Shown in pieces: positions 1-9,800 of a stretch of DNA of 40,742 bases. Both the position numbers and the translations under genes were made by a program. Numbering within the stretch: position 1 is the stretch's first letter; every line of letters starts with the position of its first letter. Location of the stretch: assembly GCA_001724245.1 (NCBI GenBank), contig MEDX01000015.1:62001-102742 (forward strand), written 5' to 3'. This DNA is from Fonticula-like sp. SCN 57-25. Its lineage: Eukaryota. The notes below the pieces were generated by a model. The model searched no databases. It was not told the DNA's origin and was given only the letters and a program-made list of their open reading frames with translations.

Positions 1-659
1 CCTCATTGCCGGCGGCCTGCAGCATGTCGGCGCACACGTACTCGAGCACGGCCGTCACAAGCACGAGGGCGTCGGGCGTCAAGTCAAGCTGGCCGGCCGC
101 CAGCTGCTGCACAATCTCAGTGTCAAAGATGAGCCCGGTCGCCTTGATGCAGTCGGCGGGCGCCTGCTTGTTGCGCGCGGCATCATCATAAAGGCGCTTG
201 GCATTGAGGCCGTCGCTCAGCGCCCACTCGGCAATCGCCCTAGGAAGGGTGAGGCGGATCGCCGCTTCGACGCGACGTGCGTCAGCTTTGATGCGGTCGC
301 CTATTCACAGGTCAGCGGGGAAGGGCGAGAGATGCGGGCAGCGCACCGGTATCGCCGAGAACGGGGCGACACGTCTCCTTGAACAGGTAGGACACAAATG
401 TCTCAAGCTTGCTCGTCACAAACTCGACCGCCTAAACAAGCAGTGTTAGTAAAAGGATAGCAAGGAAAGAAGCATAAAAGAAAAGCAATAGAATAACATG
501 CAGCTTGGCGACATGCGGCACAAAACGGAGCCAAGGGATTTTAGGGGGGTGGCGTACGTCGTGGTCAATGATGTAGCCGGGATGAACGAGTTCCACGATA
601 CACCGGATCATCGCGTCCATGCTCATGGGCCCTGGCCCGACATGCTCGCTCGTCGACAT
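1..659 (-). CDS. Son-of-sevenless-like protein, N-terminal tandem histone-fold (H2B-like + H2A-like) region; gene runs off the window start. Exons 659-558, 431-347, 300-<1
   Basis: Spliced translation MSTSEH...IVELVHPGYIIDHD/AVEFVTSKLETFVSYLF...G/DRIKADARRVEAAIRLTLPRAIAEWALSDG...GLIFD...LVTAVLEYVCADMLQAAGNE. It matches remembered SOS histone-domain motifs (QVHP; [37 protein letters not shown]). Introns GTACGC..TAG and GTGCGC..TAG keep the frame. DH/PH/RasGEF domains are not visible in the window. Confidence 0.7.
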
Positions 660-1032
660 TACGTGTCAAACGCTGCGGCTCGGAAGAAGAAAAGTTCGCC
701 TCGGCGCCCTCGTCTCGCGCCGATGGTTTGCGGCTTGGCCACTTCAGACAAAATGCCACGTGGATGAGATCGTCATGAGACGATATGAGATAGATCTATC
801 GGCTATTTGCCAAGAGACTGCCCTATTGGGAACTCGTATTGCAGCATATTGCATAGTCGAAAAGCACGGAAAGACTCGCTTTTTTACAGGAAAAGAAGAA
901 TATATTATAAAAACACGACATGTCAATTTCAAAGATACAATTTCACAATATGGCATCACAGTAAGCACCTGTTTCCAATAGGAACGAACTTGCCTTGCGT
1001 TGCCGCACGGCGTTTTCCAATGAAAATGGCAA

Positions 1033-1630
1033 TTAAAGGCGGCTTGTTTTCTCGAGCCGCCTGATGACGTGCTCGGGGCTGACGCTCCATCTGCTATTGT
1101 TGAGGTGGTGCTTGATGTACCCCATAAAGCCGGTGAGGGGAAGGGCGATGCAGTGCATGTGGAGATGCTCGACGGAATTGAAGGGCGGGCGGTGGAAAGA
1201 AAACCTAAATATGCATTTAAAACTTTGATAAAAAATAAAAGGAAGAGAAAATGCGCACTTGTGCTCTCCCGCGGGATCGATTTGTTGCATGACTCGATTT
1301 CCTGTTTCCATCATGCGTTGAACTGCACAGCGCCGTGAGCAAGTACAGATCGCGGAGGCGGCGTACCAAGTGGAATATCCGACGCCGTGAGAACATTAAC
1401 ATTCTTGTAGTGAGTGCGGGGGACGAGCTGGTAGTGTCCGCGGGCCATCGGGCGCGCGTCCTTGAAGCAAACAAACTCGTCATCCTAAAGCAAATCAGCC
1501 ACACGCAGCGCACAATCTCGCATACTTCATAAACAATTTCGGACGCTAGCTGTTTATTCACAATCTTGCAAAACACACAGTTGACGGTCTCGCGCTCCTC
1601 TGCGCCCCCCGCGCCTCCAGTACAGCCCAT
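1033..1630 (-). CDS. HIT-family nucleotide hydrolase (HINT3/HINT4-like). Exons 1630-1526, 1484-1367, 1322-1259, 1204-1033
   Basis: CVFCKIV N-terminus, DDEFVCFKDARPMARGHYQLVPRTH, and FHRPPFNSVEHLHMH (HxHxH triad). Three GT-AG introns of 41, 44 and 54 nt. Confidence 0.9.
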
Positions 1631-1811
1631 CCTCGTCGCCGCCGTCTACTTTTTGGCGGGAACGATCAGTTTGCAGTTTGCACGCAATCGCTTTTGAAGT
1701 TCGAAGGCATAATATATTCGTATGCAAGTGTACATGACCAATAAGAAAAGAAAAGCAAACAAACAGCAGCGAAAAGAGTGCACAAGACGGCCACAAAGCG
1801 TCAGCGCGCGC

Positions 1812-3443
1812 CTAGAGTTGCCTCCAGTAGTACTTTGTGATCGGGATTCTCGTGTCGTTGTCGAGGACGACATCCTGCGCGGTCCATCGAATGTCGTCCC
1901 ACTCGATCTTGTCGGTGAGAACGTCCACGCCGCCGCTCCCCTTTCTCTTCACCACCTGGTACCTTTCCTCCTCCTCCTCGTCCTCCTGCGCGTCGGCATT
2001 CTCCTTTTCCTGCTCCTTTTCCTCTTCCTTTTCCTCCTTTTCCTGTTCCTTGTCGGCCTCCTTTTCGGCCTCCTTTTCCTTGTCGACAACGTGCTCGCCG
2101 CCCGCCGCTGCCTTGACCCTGGCCACCTCGTAGTGCCGTCCCTCGTCGTCCTCGAGGCAGAGCGCCTGCGCGCCGCCGCACAGCCGCGCGCGCGCCGTCT
2201 CAATGGACCAGTAGAGCACCGCCCAGCGCGAGTACGCGACGCACGGCTCGCCGCCGCGCGCGAACCGCAGGCGAATGTCGGGGAAGACCGGCGCGCCGAC
2301 GCCGCTCGGAAGCACTTCGGCGCGCTCCTGGACCTGCTGGTCGAGGCGCCACGACTTTAGGCCGCGGCGGCCGCGGCGCGCAGCCTCGCCGCGCTGCAGC
2401 GGGACGCACGACTCGAGGCGCAGCGACACGCCGTCATGGGCGGCGGCGGCGTCCGACGGCGGCCACGTGCGCGACTCGACGCCGTGGCGCTTGGCCGATG
2501 GGTACAGCGCCTGCGGGGGGAGAACGCGAAGGCGCAGGCGGAGGTCGTGCGCGGGGGAAGAGTCGGTCACGGGGTGCGAGCCGCTGTACTGGAGCACTGA
2601 AGCAAAAAGGTGAGATAAAAGAAACGAACAAAAATGGGCGCAAATGCGCAAAATGACAATAAACAACAATAAAGACAACATAATATCTAAACAATAACAA
2701 GTATTGTACGTACTTGCAACGGGGTCCGAGTCGTCGGTAAAGACGCCGTTGCCCCAGAGGCACCGCGCCGCGACGCGCGGGTTGCCCTTGATGACGTATT
2801 CGGCGCCGACGTACACGTCGATAAGCATGCCTACGGCGCCCTCGAGCGTCGGCAGCATTTCGTGCGGCGAGTACACGAAGGATCCCGCGTACTCGTCATC
2901 CTCCTGATCATCCTCTTGCTTGGCTGCCGCGCTCTCCGGCGCAGCGATCGTCGGAGCGGCATCGTCGGCAACAGCGGCCGGCTCTGCGTCCTTAGGAGCT
3001 TCGGCCGGCGGCGCGCTCGGCGCGGGATCCGCGGCATCACTGTGGCCGGCATCGGCTGCCGGAGCGGGATCCTCCTTCTTGGCGACCGGCTCCGGGGCGG
3101 GATCCGCGGGAGCAGGCGCGAGGGAGATCTTGAGCTTGAGCGATCCCGGCGCAGACGTCACAACGCGCGGCGGAGACGTCTTCTGCTGCTTGGGCTCATT
3201 AACACTTTCAGCAGCGGGCGCGGCGGTCGTCGGGATCACGGGGGGCTCGGGCGAGCCGTCATCGACACGAGCACGCTTCGCAGAGGTCGGCGAATCGGGA
3301 TCAGCATCTTTCCGCTTGTTTCCTGAATAGGAGGAAGGATCTACAGCGGAAGCGGCATCGGCCGCGCCAAGAGAGGCGGGGGCACTGGTGCCATCTAGGG
3401 GAGCAGACGCATCCGGCGCGACGTGGACGCCATCAACCTCCAT
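1812..3443 (-). CDS. Rxt3/HDC1-like histone deacetylase complex subunit. Exons 3443-2714, 2596-1812
   Basis: LWGNGVFTDDSDPVAMLQYSG (Rxt3 LWGTDIYTDDSD motif), Y.S..RHGVESRTW, HDGVSLRLE, and a C-terminal IEWDDIRW segment like plant HDC1. One 117-nt GTACGT..CAG intron. Start codon uncertain (3443 vs 3482). Confidence 0.8.
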   Translation of the reverse strand: MEVDGVHVAPDASAPLDGTSAPASLGAADAASAVDPSSYSGNKRKDADPDSPTSAKRARVDDGSPEPPVIPTTAAPAAESVNEPKQQKTSPPRVVTSAPGSLKLKISLAPAPADPAPEPVAKKEDPAPAADAGHSDAADPAPSAPPAEAPKDAEPAAVADDAAPTIAAPESAAAKQEDDQEDDEYAGSFVYSPHEMLPTLEGAVGMLIDVYVGAEYVIKGNPRVAARCLWGNGVFTDDSDPVASTYNTCYCLDIMLSLLLFIVILRICAHFCSFLLSHLFASVLQYSGSHPVTDSSPAHDLRLRLRVLPPQALYPSAKRHGVESRTWPPSDAAAAHDGVSLRLESCVPLQRGEAARRGRRGLKSWRLDQQVQERAEVLPSGVGAPVFPDIRLRFARGGEPCVAYSRWAVLYWSIETARARLCGGAQALCLEDDEGRHYEVARVKAAAGGEHVVDKEKEAEKEADKEQEKEEKEEEKEQEKENADAQEDEEEEERYQVVKRKGSGGVDVLTDKIEWDDIRWTAQDVVLDNDTRIPITKYYWRQL

Positions 3444-3750
3444 CGTCGGCGAGCGATGATGGGATCGCAAACGGAATGTCACGTGATATAAAGTCAGGGG
3501 TGATTTTAGGGGTGATTTTTCGGAAAGGGCACAAAAGAAGCAAAAAAGGTACCAGTATGATATGGAAAATGAAATGATATTATTCTATTGTGGATGAGGT
3601 GTAGATGCAAAGTATGATCAAAAATGGTTCTAGAATTAATGAGAAATCAAACAATCACTCGCACGACAATTGGCATTGAATATGAGTCTCCTTTACTCTA
3701 CCGTGCTTCTATCAAAATTGGCGCAAGCCGCACCCCACGATCGAGTACTC

Positions 3751-5112
3751 TCACGCGACCGCCTCTATCAGCCCGAACCTTTTCGCGCGAGCATAGAGCG
3801 CCGCAATCACAAAGTGAAACACATTTGTCGGCTTGTAGATCTTGTTGTCCACTTGCGCGCGCTCCACACGCGCATTCCCGACGTACGGCGATGCCAAGAT
3901 CTGCGCGATCTCCCTGACGCCCGCTGCCATTCTTTCGCGCTCGTCCTGCGAGATCGCGTTGAGAATGTCGGGCAGCTTGCCATTGAGGACTTGCTTCTCT
4001 GACACGATCACGGCGATGCGCTCCCACCGGATGAACTCTTCGAACGGCAGCTCGAGATCGTCGATCGCGACGACGGGGATGCACCCGGCGTTGAGGAGGT
4101 GGGCGAGCCGGCCGCTCCACCGCGCGGGCGACCAGCCGGCGAGGTAGAGGCAGAAAATTGACGAGTCGAGCAGATCGCGGTACTGCGGCGGCGATTCGTT
4201 GGGGTCGGGCCGGTCGGTGCTGTAGATGCGGAAGCCGGGGATGTTGCGGTGCGTCGCGTAGACATGCTGGCGCACGCCGTTGCTGTATTCCGGGGCGTCG
4301 GGCATGACAGAGCCCATGAAGGAGCAGAGCGTCTTGCGGCCGCGCAGATCGGGGATGCTGCCAGAGTACGCGCGGCGGCGGTAGCTGTCGTCCGTGTCGT
4401 ACGGCGACACGACAACATCCTTGTTGGGGCGGAAGGCATCGTGCTGGCGGTACGATCCGAGCGGGCCGACGAATATTCCCTGAGAGAGGAGAGAGCGGAG
4501 GCGGCCATTATTGATCAGGCTCATGCCATTGTCATGCGCAAAAATGTACACATGATCGCGGCCAAGAGTGTGGTTCCAGTACGGAAGCTCACCAATTACG
4601 CGGCCGAGAACAGTGTCAACATAGGCGTCCGTCTTTTTATAAATGTCGGGATCATGCTCATGAAGAAGGGCGTGGAAGTACGCAGTGGGGTAGAAAGGCA
4701 CAAGCCGGAGCGTCGCGTTCGATGGGTCGCTCGCGATGTACGGTCCAAAAGGGCCGTCGCGATCCCGCATGACGTCGGCCAAGAGAAACTCCCACGTGTA
4801 GCCGGGATCGTCGGAGAGAAAGGAACCTTTGCGGAACGAGGGCGATATCGTGCCCTGCCGCAGGTACTCTTCGTCAAAGTCATACGTCCAGATGCTAAAC
4901 GAGCTGTTGGGGGGCGGAAGAATTAACGTCGAGTAGAGCGAAGTGTCCTTGGGCCGACCTGAGCAGTCCAGCGGAGGCGGCAGTTGTGGGTCGGGGGGCA
5001 CCATGATCTCAACGGTAACAAAAAAGGTCACCGTGACGAGCAAGGCAGCCATGGCCAGTCTATGCCGCAGCACTCGCTCGAGCATGCTGCCCGCCATAGC
5101 ATGCCAGCGCAT
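3751..5112 (-). CDS. Exostosin-family (GT47) type II membrane glycosyltransferase, intronless
   Basis: N-terminal TM helix, PYWNHTLGRDHVYIFAHDNG, SSIFCLYLAGWSPARWSGRL, GCIPVVAIDDLELPFEEFIRW. Start codon uncertain (about 5112; ORF open to 5163). Confidence 0.88.
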   Translation of the reverse strand: MRWHAMAGSMLERVLRHRLAMAALLVTVTFFVTVEIMVPPDPQLPPPLDCSGRPKDTSLYSTLILPPPNSSFSIWTYDFDEEYLRQGTISPSFRKGSFLSDDPGYTWEFLLADVMRDRDGPFGPYIASDPSNATLRLVPFYPTAYFHALLHEHDPDIYKKTDAYVDTVLGRVIGELPYWNHTLGRDHVYIFAHDNGMSLINNGRLRSLLSQGIFVGPLGSYRQHDAFRPNKDVVVSPYDTDDSYRRRAYSGSIPDLRGRKTLCSFMGSVMPDAPEYSNGVRQHVYATHRNIPGFRIYSTDRPDPNESPPQYRDLLDSSIFCLYLAGWSPARWSGRLAHLLNAGCIPVVAIDDLELPFEEFIRWERIAVIVSEKQVLNGKLPDILNAISQDERERMAAGVREIAQILASPYVGNARVERAQVDNKIYKPTNVFHFVIAALYARAKRFGLIEAVA

Positions 5113-5383
5113 GGCCACGTGGCGAATGTCATTGAAGTGTGTTGTTGATGGGATGTCGATCATTGGAGGCTGATTGGAGGATTTATTTAAAAATGAAACA
5201 GACGTGATCCAAACATAAAGCAGTACTAAAACGATCCCCTTTCAATTTTCGCGGGTTGATTTTGGCGGTTTTTCCCGCTGCCGCCCTTTTGTCGCTTTTA
5301 GTCGCCCGGTGCCTTATTGCTCTTAACGAGCGGTTTGTCGCCTACCCCCCCTTCGTCTTTTAGCACTTTCAAGTCTACTAACC

Positions 5384-6718
5384 ATGCGTGAGTGCATCTC
5401 CATTCACATCGGCCAGGCCGGTGTGCAGATTGGTAACTCGTGCTGGGAGCTGTACTGCCTCGAGCACGGCATCTCGCCCGATGGCACCATGCCCGCCAAC
5501 GCCGCCAAGGACGACTCGTTCTCGACCTTCTTCAGCGAGACTGGCGCCGGCAAGCACGTGCCCCGCGCCGTCTTTGTTGACCTCGAGTCGACCGTTGTGG
5601 ACCAGGTCCGCACCGGCCCGTACAAGGGTCTCTACCACCCCGAGCAGCTGATCACTGGCAAGGAGGATGCCGCCAACAACTACGCCCGCGGTCACTACAC
5701 CGTCGGCAAGGACATTGTTGACCAGGTCCTCGACCGCATCCGCAAGCTTTCGGACGCGTGCTCTGGCCTCCAGGGCTTCCTCATCTTCCACTCGTTCGGT
5801 GGTGGTACCGGCTCGGGCTTTGGCGCCCTCCTCCTTGAGCGCCTCTCGGCCGACTATGGCAAGAAGTCCAAGCTCGAGTTCGCCGTCTACCCGTCGCCCC
5901 AGGTGTCGTCGGCCGTCGTCGAGCCCTACAACTCGATCCTGACCACCCACACCACCCTCGAGCACGCCGACGTGACCTTCCTTGTCGACAACGAGGCCAT
6001 CTACGAGATCTGCCGCCGCAACCTCGACATTGAGCGCCCGAGCTATGTCAACCTCAACCGCCTCATCAGCCAGGTTGTCTCGAGCATCACCGCGTCGCTC
6101 CGCTTTGACGGTGCCCTCAACGTTGATCTCACCGAGTTCCAGACCAACCTTGTGCCGTACCCGCGCATCCACTTCCCGCTCGTCAACTACTCGCCCATCA
6201 TCTCGTCCGAGAAGGCGTACCACGAGCAGCTCACCGTTGCCGAGATCTCGTACGCCTGCTTCGAGCCCCACAACCAGATGGTCAAGTGCGACCCCCGCCA
6301 CGGCAAGTACATGGCCTGCTGCATGCTCTACCGCGGCGACGTCGTCCCCAAGGACGTCAACGCTGCCATTGCCAGCATCAAGACCAAGCGCACCATCCAG
6401 TTCGTCGACTGGTGCCCGACCGGCTTCAAGGTTGGCATCAACTACCAGCCCCCGACCGCCGTCCCCGGCGGCGACATGGCCAAGGTGCCCCGCTCGGTGT
6501 GCATGCTCTCCAACACCACCGCCATCGCCGAGGCCTGGGCCCGCCTTGACCACAAGTTTGACCTCATGTACGCCAAGCGCGCCTTTGTCCACTGGTACGT
6601 CGGCGAGGGTATGGAGGAGGGTGAGTTCTCCGAGGCCCGCGAGGACCTCGCCGCCCTCGAGAAGGACTATGAGGAGGTTGGCCAGGACTCGAGCGCCAAC
6701 GAGACCAACGAGTTCTAA
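5384..6718 (+). CDS. TUBA: Alpha-tubulin, intronless, 444 aa
   Basis: [20 protein letters not shown], and [17 protein letters not shown], with strong C-ending codon bias. Confidence 0.99.
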   Translation: MRECISIHIGQAGVQIGNSCWELYCLEHGISPDGTMPANAAKDDSFSTFFSETGAGKHVPRAVFVDLESTVVDQVRTGPYKGLYHPEQLITGKEDAANNYARGHYTVGKDIVDQVLDRIRKLSDACSGLQGFLIFHSFGGGTGSGFGALLLERLSADYGKKSKLEFAVYPSPQVSSAVVEPYNSILTTHTTLEHADVTFLVDNEAIYEICRRNLDIERPSYVNLNRLISQVVSSITASLRFDGALNVDLTEFQTNLVPYPRIHFPLVNYSPIISSEKAYHEQLTVAEISYACFEPHNQMVKCDPRHGKYMACCMLYRGDVVPKDVNAAIASIKTKRTIQFVDWCPTGFKVGINYQPPTAVPGGDMAKVPRSVCMLSNTTAIAEAWARLDHKFDLMYAKRAFVHWYVGEGMEEGEFSEAREDLAALEKDYEEVGQDSSANETNEF

Positions 6719-6866
6719 GCTCTTTGTGTGTCGCAATACACTATTTTATCCATAAAAGGAAATTTCATGTCCACAAAAGGAAATAATTTGGAATCTAGGC
6801 CAAAAAAGGCAATCGAGTGTTGGTTGTTGTTTCTTGGGCCACACAGATCGGCTGCGCTGCGTCGTC

Positions 6867-9800
6867 ATGGAGGACGTGCTGCGGATCGCCGAAAAGCTTG
6901 CGGTATTAAACGCGCACGCCAAGGGCTTGCTGGCGCGCGTCAGCAATGTGCGGATCGTCTTTGAGCGGGATGAGAACAAGCCTCGCGTTTTCCAGGACCC
7001 GCTTCTCGGACCGTTGTTCAAGGGGTTCCTAAAACGCTTTCCGTTGAACGATGGCCTTTCTCAGGTCCAGCATTATGACCGTTTCACGAGCATGCACCGC
7101 GATTTCCTCGACGCCTGCAGCGAGGCGTATTCCGTTATGGTTCTTTTTATGGACTTTCGGGATGCGACCTTGTCTGTCTTTAGCGAAGTTGCTCGCCTGA
7201 CGCAGCTTTCGCCCGATCTCAATGTCGACATTGTGGATAACGTGGTTCGCCTGCTCGCCAACTACACGCGCCTCAACATTCTTCTGGGCCTTATTGAGGA
7301 CGCAAAGCTTATTGCCATTTGCTACTCGCGCTCCTTTGCCATTGCGAATGGCACCACCGAGCAAAACTACAAGCGGATCGCCGACTACCTCACCGACACT
7401 GAGCAGCAGTCCCTGCAGCATGTCCAGATGGAGCTCGGCGCCGTGAGCGGCCGCCTCGGCGAGGCCCTCTTGACCTACAAGTCGCTTATCGACAACAACG
7501 TGGTGTCTGCGCTGACCCTTCGCGACGAAGGCGTGCACAACCTGATCCACGCGCCCGACAAGATCAAGCGCCCGAGCCCCGAGGATGGCCGCCTACGTGA
7601 TCTGCGCCGCTTTGGCGAAGTCTCTGAGAACCTTCTCTACGGCTTCCTCGCCTGCCCGACCGAGTTTGCTAAGCAGCAGTCGCTCGACTTTGTGCGTGCG
7701 ATCCTCGAGCGCGGCTTTGTCTGGGATCTCGCCCCCATGGTCCAGATGCCCTTTTTCGCCGAGTTTGAAGTCCTTGCCAACAAGAGCGTCTCCCGCCAGG
7801 CCAAGGCCATCATTGCCGACGCGCAGACCGCGTCCGCCGCCACCTGCTGGACCTACCGCCGCGGCCGCCGCGACTACTGCCGCCTCGTCCTGCAGCAGAC
7901 GCTGACGCTCCTCAAGGAAAAGCCCGGCCTCGTGTGCCCCAAGCTGTCGCAGGTGCTCTCGCTGCTCGGCATGGCGCGCGACGAAGTGCTCTGGTACTTT
8001 AAGCACCTCGACCAGGCGCACCCGAAAAAAGGCAAGACGCGCGAAGAGGACGTCCGCGACGCGTCCATTTCCGAGCTTGTTTTCCTCACCGAGGAGCTCA
8101 AGGCGACCATCCTCGCGAGCCGCCAGCTCATCCTCTCGTACTATTGCGAGTACCTTTCCGTCTACTACCGCAACAAGCTGTACGAGCTGATGCAGCCCGC
8201 GCTCGCCGCCTCGCCCGCCGACTCTGTCCTCAACCAGCAGTTCGACGCCGCCATCGAGCTGCTCGGCGAGATTGGCGCCGCGAGCGGCACGGTGAGCCTC
8301 GAGCCGCTGCGCATGAACTGGAGCCGCGCGCAGGTTTTCCTGTCGCTGCCGTCCACGAGCTCTGCGCTGACGCACGCATTCGGCCCGATCATCCCTCTCA
8401 TGAATGAGATTTCCGCGCGCTCGCACTACGTCGACGACCTCGACCGCCTCGTCGTCTCTGTCGGCGGCCTCCACGAGCTCTTTTTCCGCCCGACTGTCCT
8501 TCAGGCCACGCTCGACGCCGCCATCCGCTCGAGCGTGCAGCAGAGCCGCTACGTCAAGGCGTACGTGTCTGTCTTTTCGAGCTTTTGCGACAACGCCCCC
8601 GCCATGTACCAGCGCGAAGTCCCCATGATCGCCGCCGCGACGGTGCCGCTCATGGAGCGCTCCTACTTTGAGATCGCCGCGCGCATCGCGCAGCTCGCGC
8701 ACGAGGTGGCGATGCAGAGCGTGCGCCACGGCGCGCTCGGCTCGCAAGAGTCGGCGACGCCCATCTTTGCGCGCCTGCACAAGGAGCGCAGCAACAGCAA
8801 GAGCGCCGCCACCACGCGCAATGTGGTCGCGCCGGCAGCGCAGCCGGGCGACGAGTCGTCAATGCGGCTCGACAAGGATAACAAGCTGCTGTTTATGCAG
8901 CGGCAGCATCTGCGCAATATGTGCGCGGCGTTCCTCGACAGCGAGACCGTTGCCATTTATGATACGGTTTTCTCGCCAAAGGCGTTTTTGGTGGAGGCGA
9001 TTGTGGCAAAAACGCGCATTGTGTTTAGCAGTCTTGTGCGCGCGCCGCCGACGGCCGAGGATTCGCTGCAGCCGATTAGGCGTCCGTCGTTGATTTTGGC
9101 GGATTTGCAGGCGTATTTGAACGCATTCTTGCTCATGGAAGACTATGGTACGAAGGGGGCAAGAGTGGGAAGTGTGGGAAAGTGGGGAGAAAAGTGGTAA
9201 GTGTTGAGTGTTATGTGGTTAAAGTGTCGAAAAAGTGTTGAAAAATGAGCAAAAGTTGTGTTAAAGTGTTGAAAAAGTGATCAAATTTGCATGAATTATC
9301 ATAAAATATAGCAAAATATGATGTATTTGCGTACTAATTTTGTGTTTCAGCGCGCATTGACCTCCCTTCCATTCTCCGCAACATGATCCTCGAGCACACC
9401 GACATGTCAAAGTACGCCCCCTTTCCCTTCCCACCCACGCTGACGTAATCAAAATAAGGGCACGCAAACTCGCCGTCGCCCTCCAAAACGGCGACCTCCG
9501 CCGCGCCCTCGTACGTGGCCGCGCCCTCCCACTCGTCCAGGGCCACGCGTTCGCCGACGAGGCGCCCTACATGGCAATCTTGGCCACGTGGTATGTTGAT
9601 GCTGCGCTTAATCGTCTGTATAATTCGTCGGCTGTTTATTCGCCGTTGAGAGAGTCGTTTATTACGCGGTCGACTGTGCCGTCCATTCGATTTGAGCGAT
9701 TCACAGAGCCAATCGGTACGAATTGAATATATGGTGGGTAGTGAATGGGAGTGGGGGTATTGGGGGTAGTATTGAGTGTTAAGTAGTATTGAGTATTGAG

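Noticed and set aside
1-300. Canonical histone H2A gene
   Set aside because: It is too divergent, is preceded by an H2B-like fold and lacks a basic tail. It fits an SOS-type histone domain better.
3495-3520. AGGGGTGATTTT x2, a telomere-like TTTAGGGG seed
   Set aside because: Only two copies are present, which is insufficient evidence of function.
5378-6736. 452-aa antisense ORF over alpha-tubulin
   Set aside because: It is the shadow of strong C-ending codon bias, which removes antisense stops. No independent motifs.
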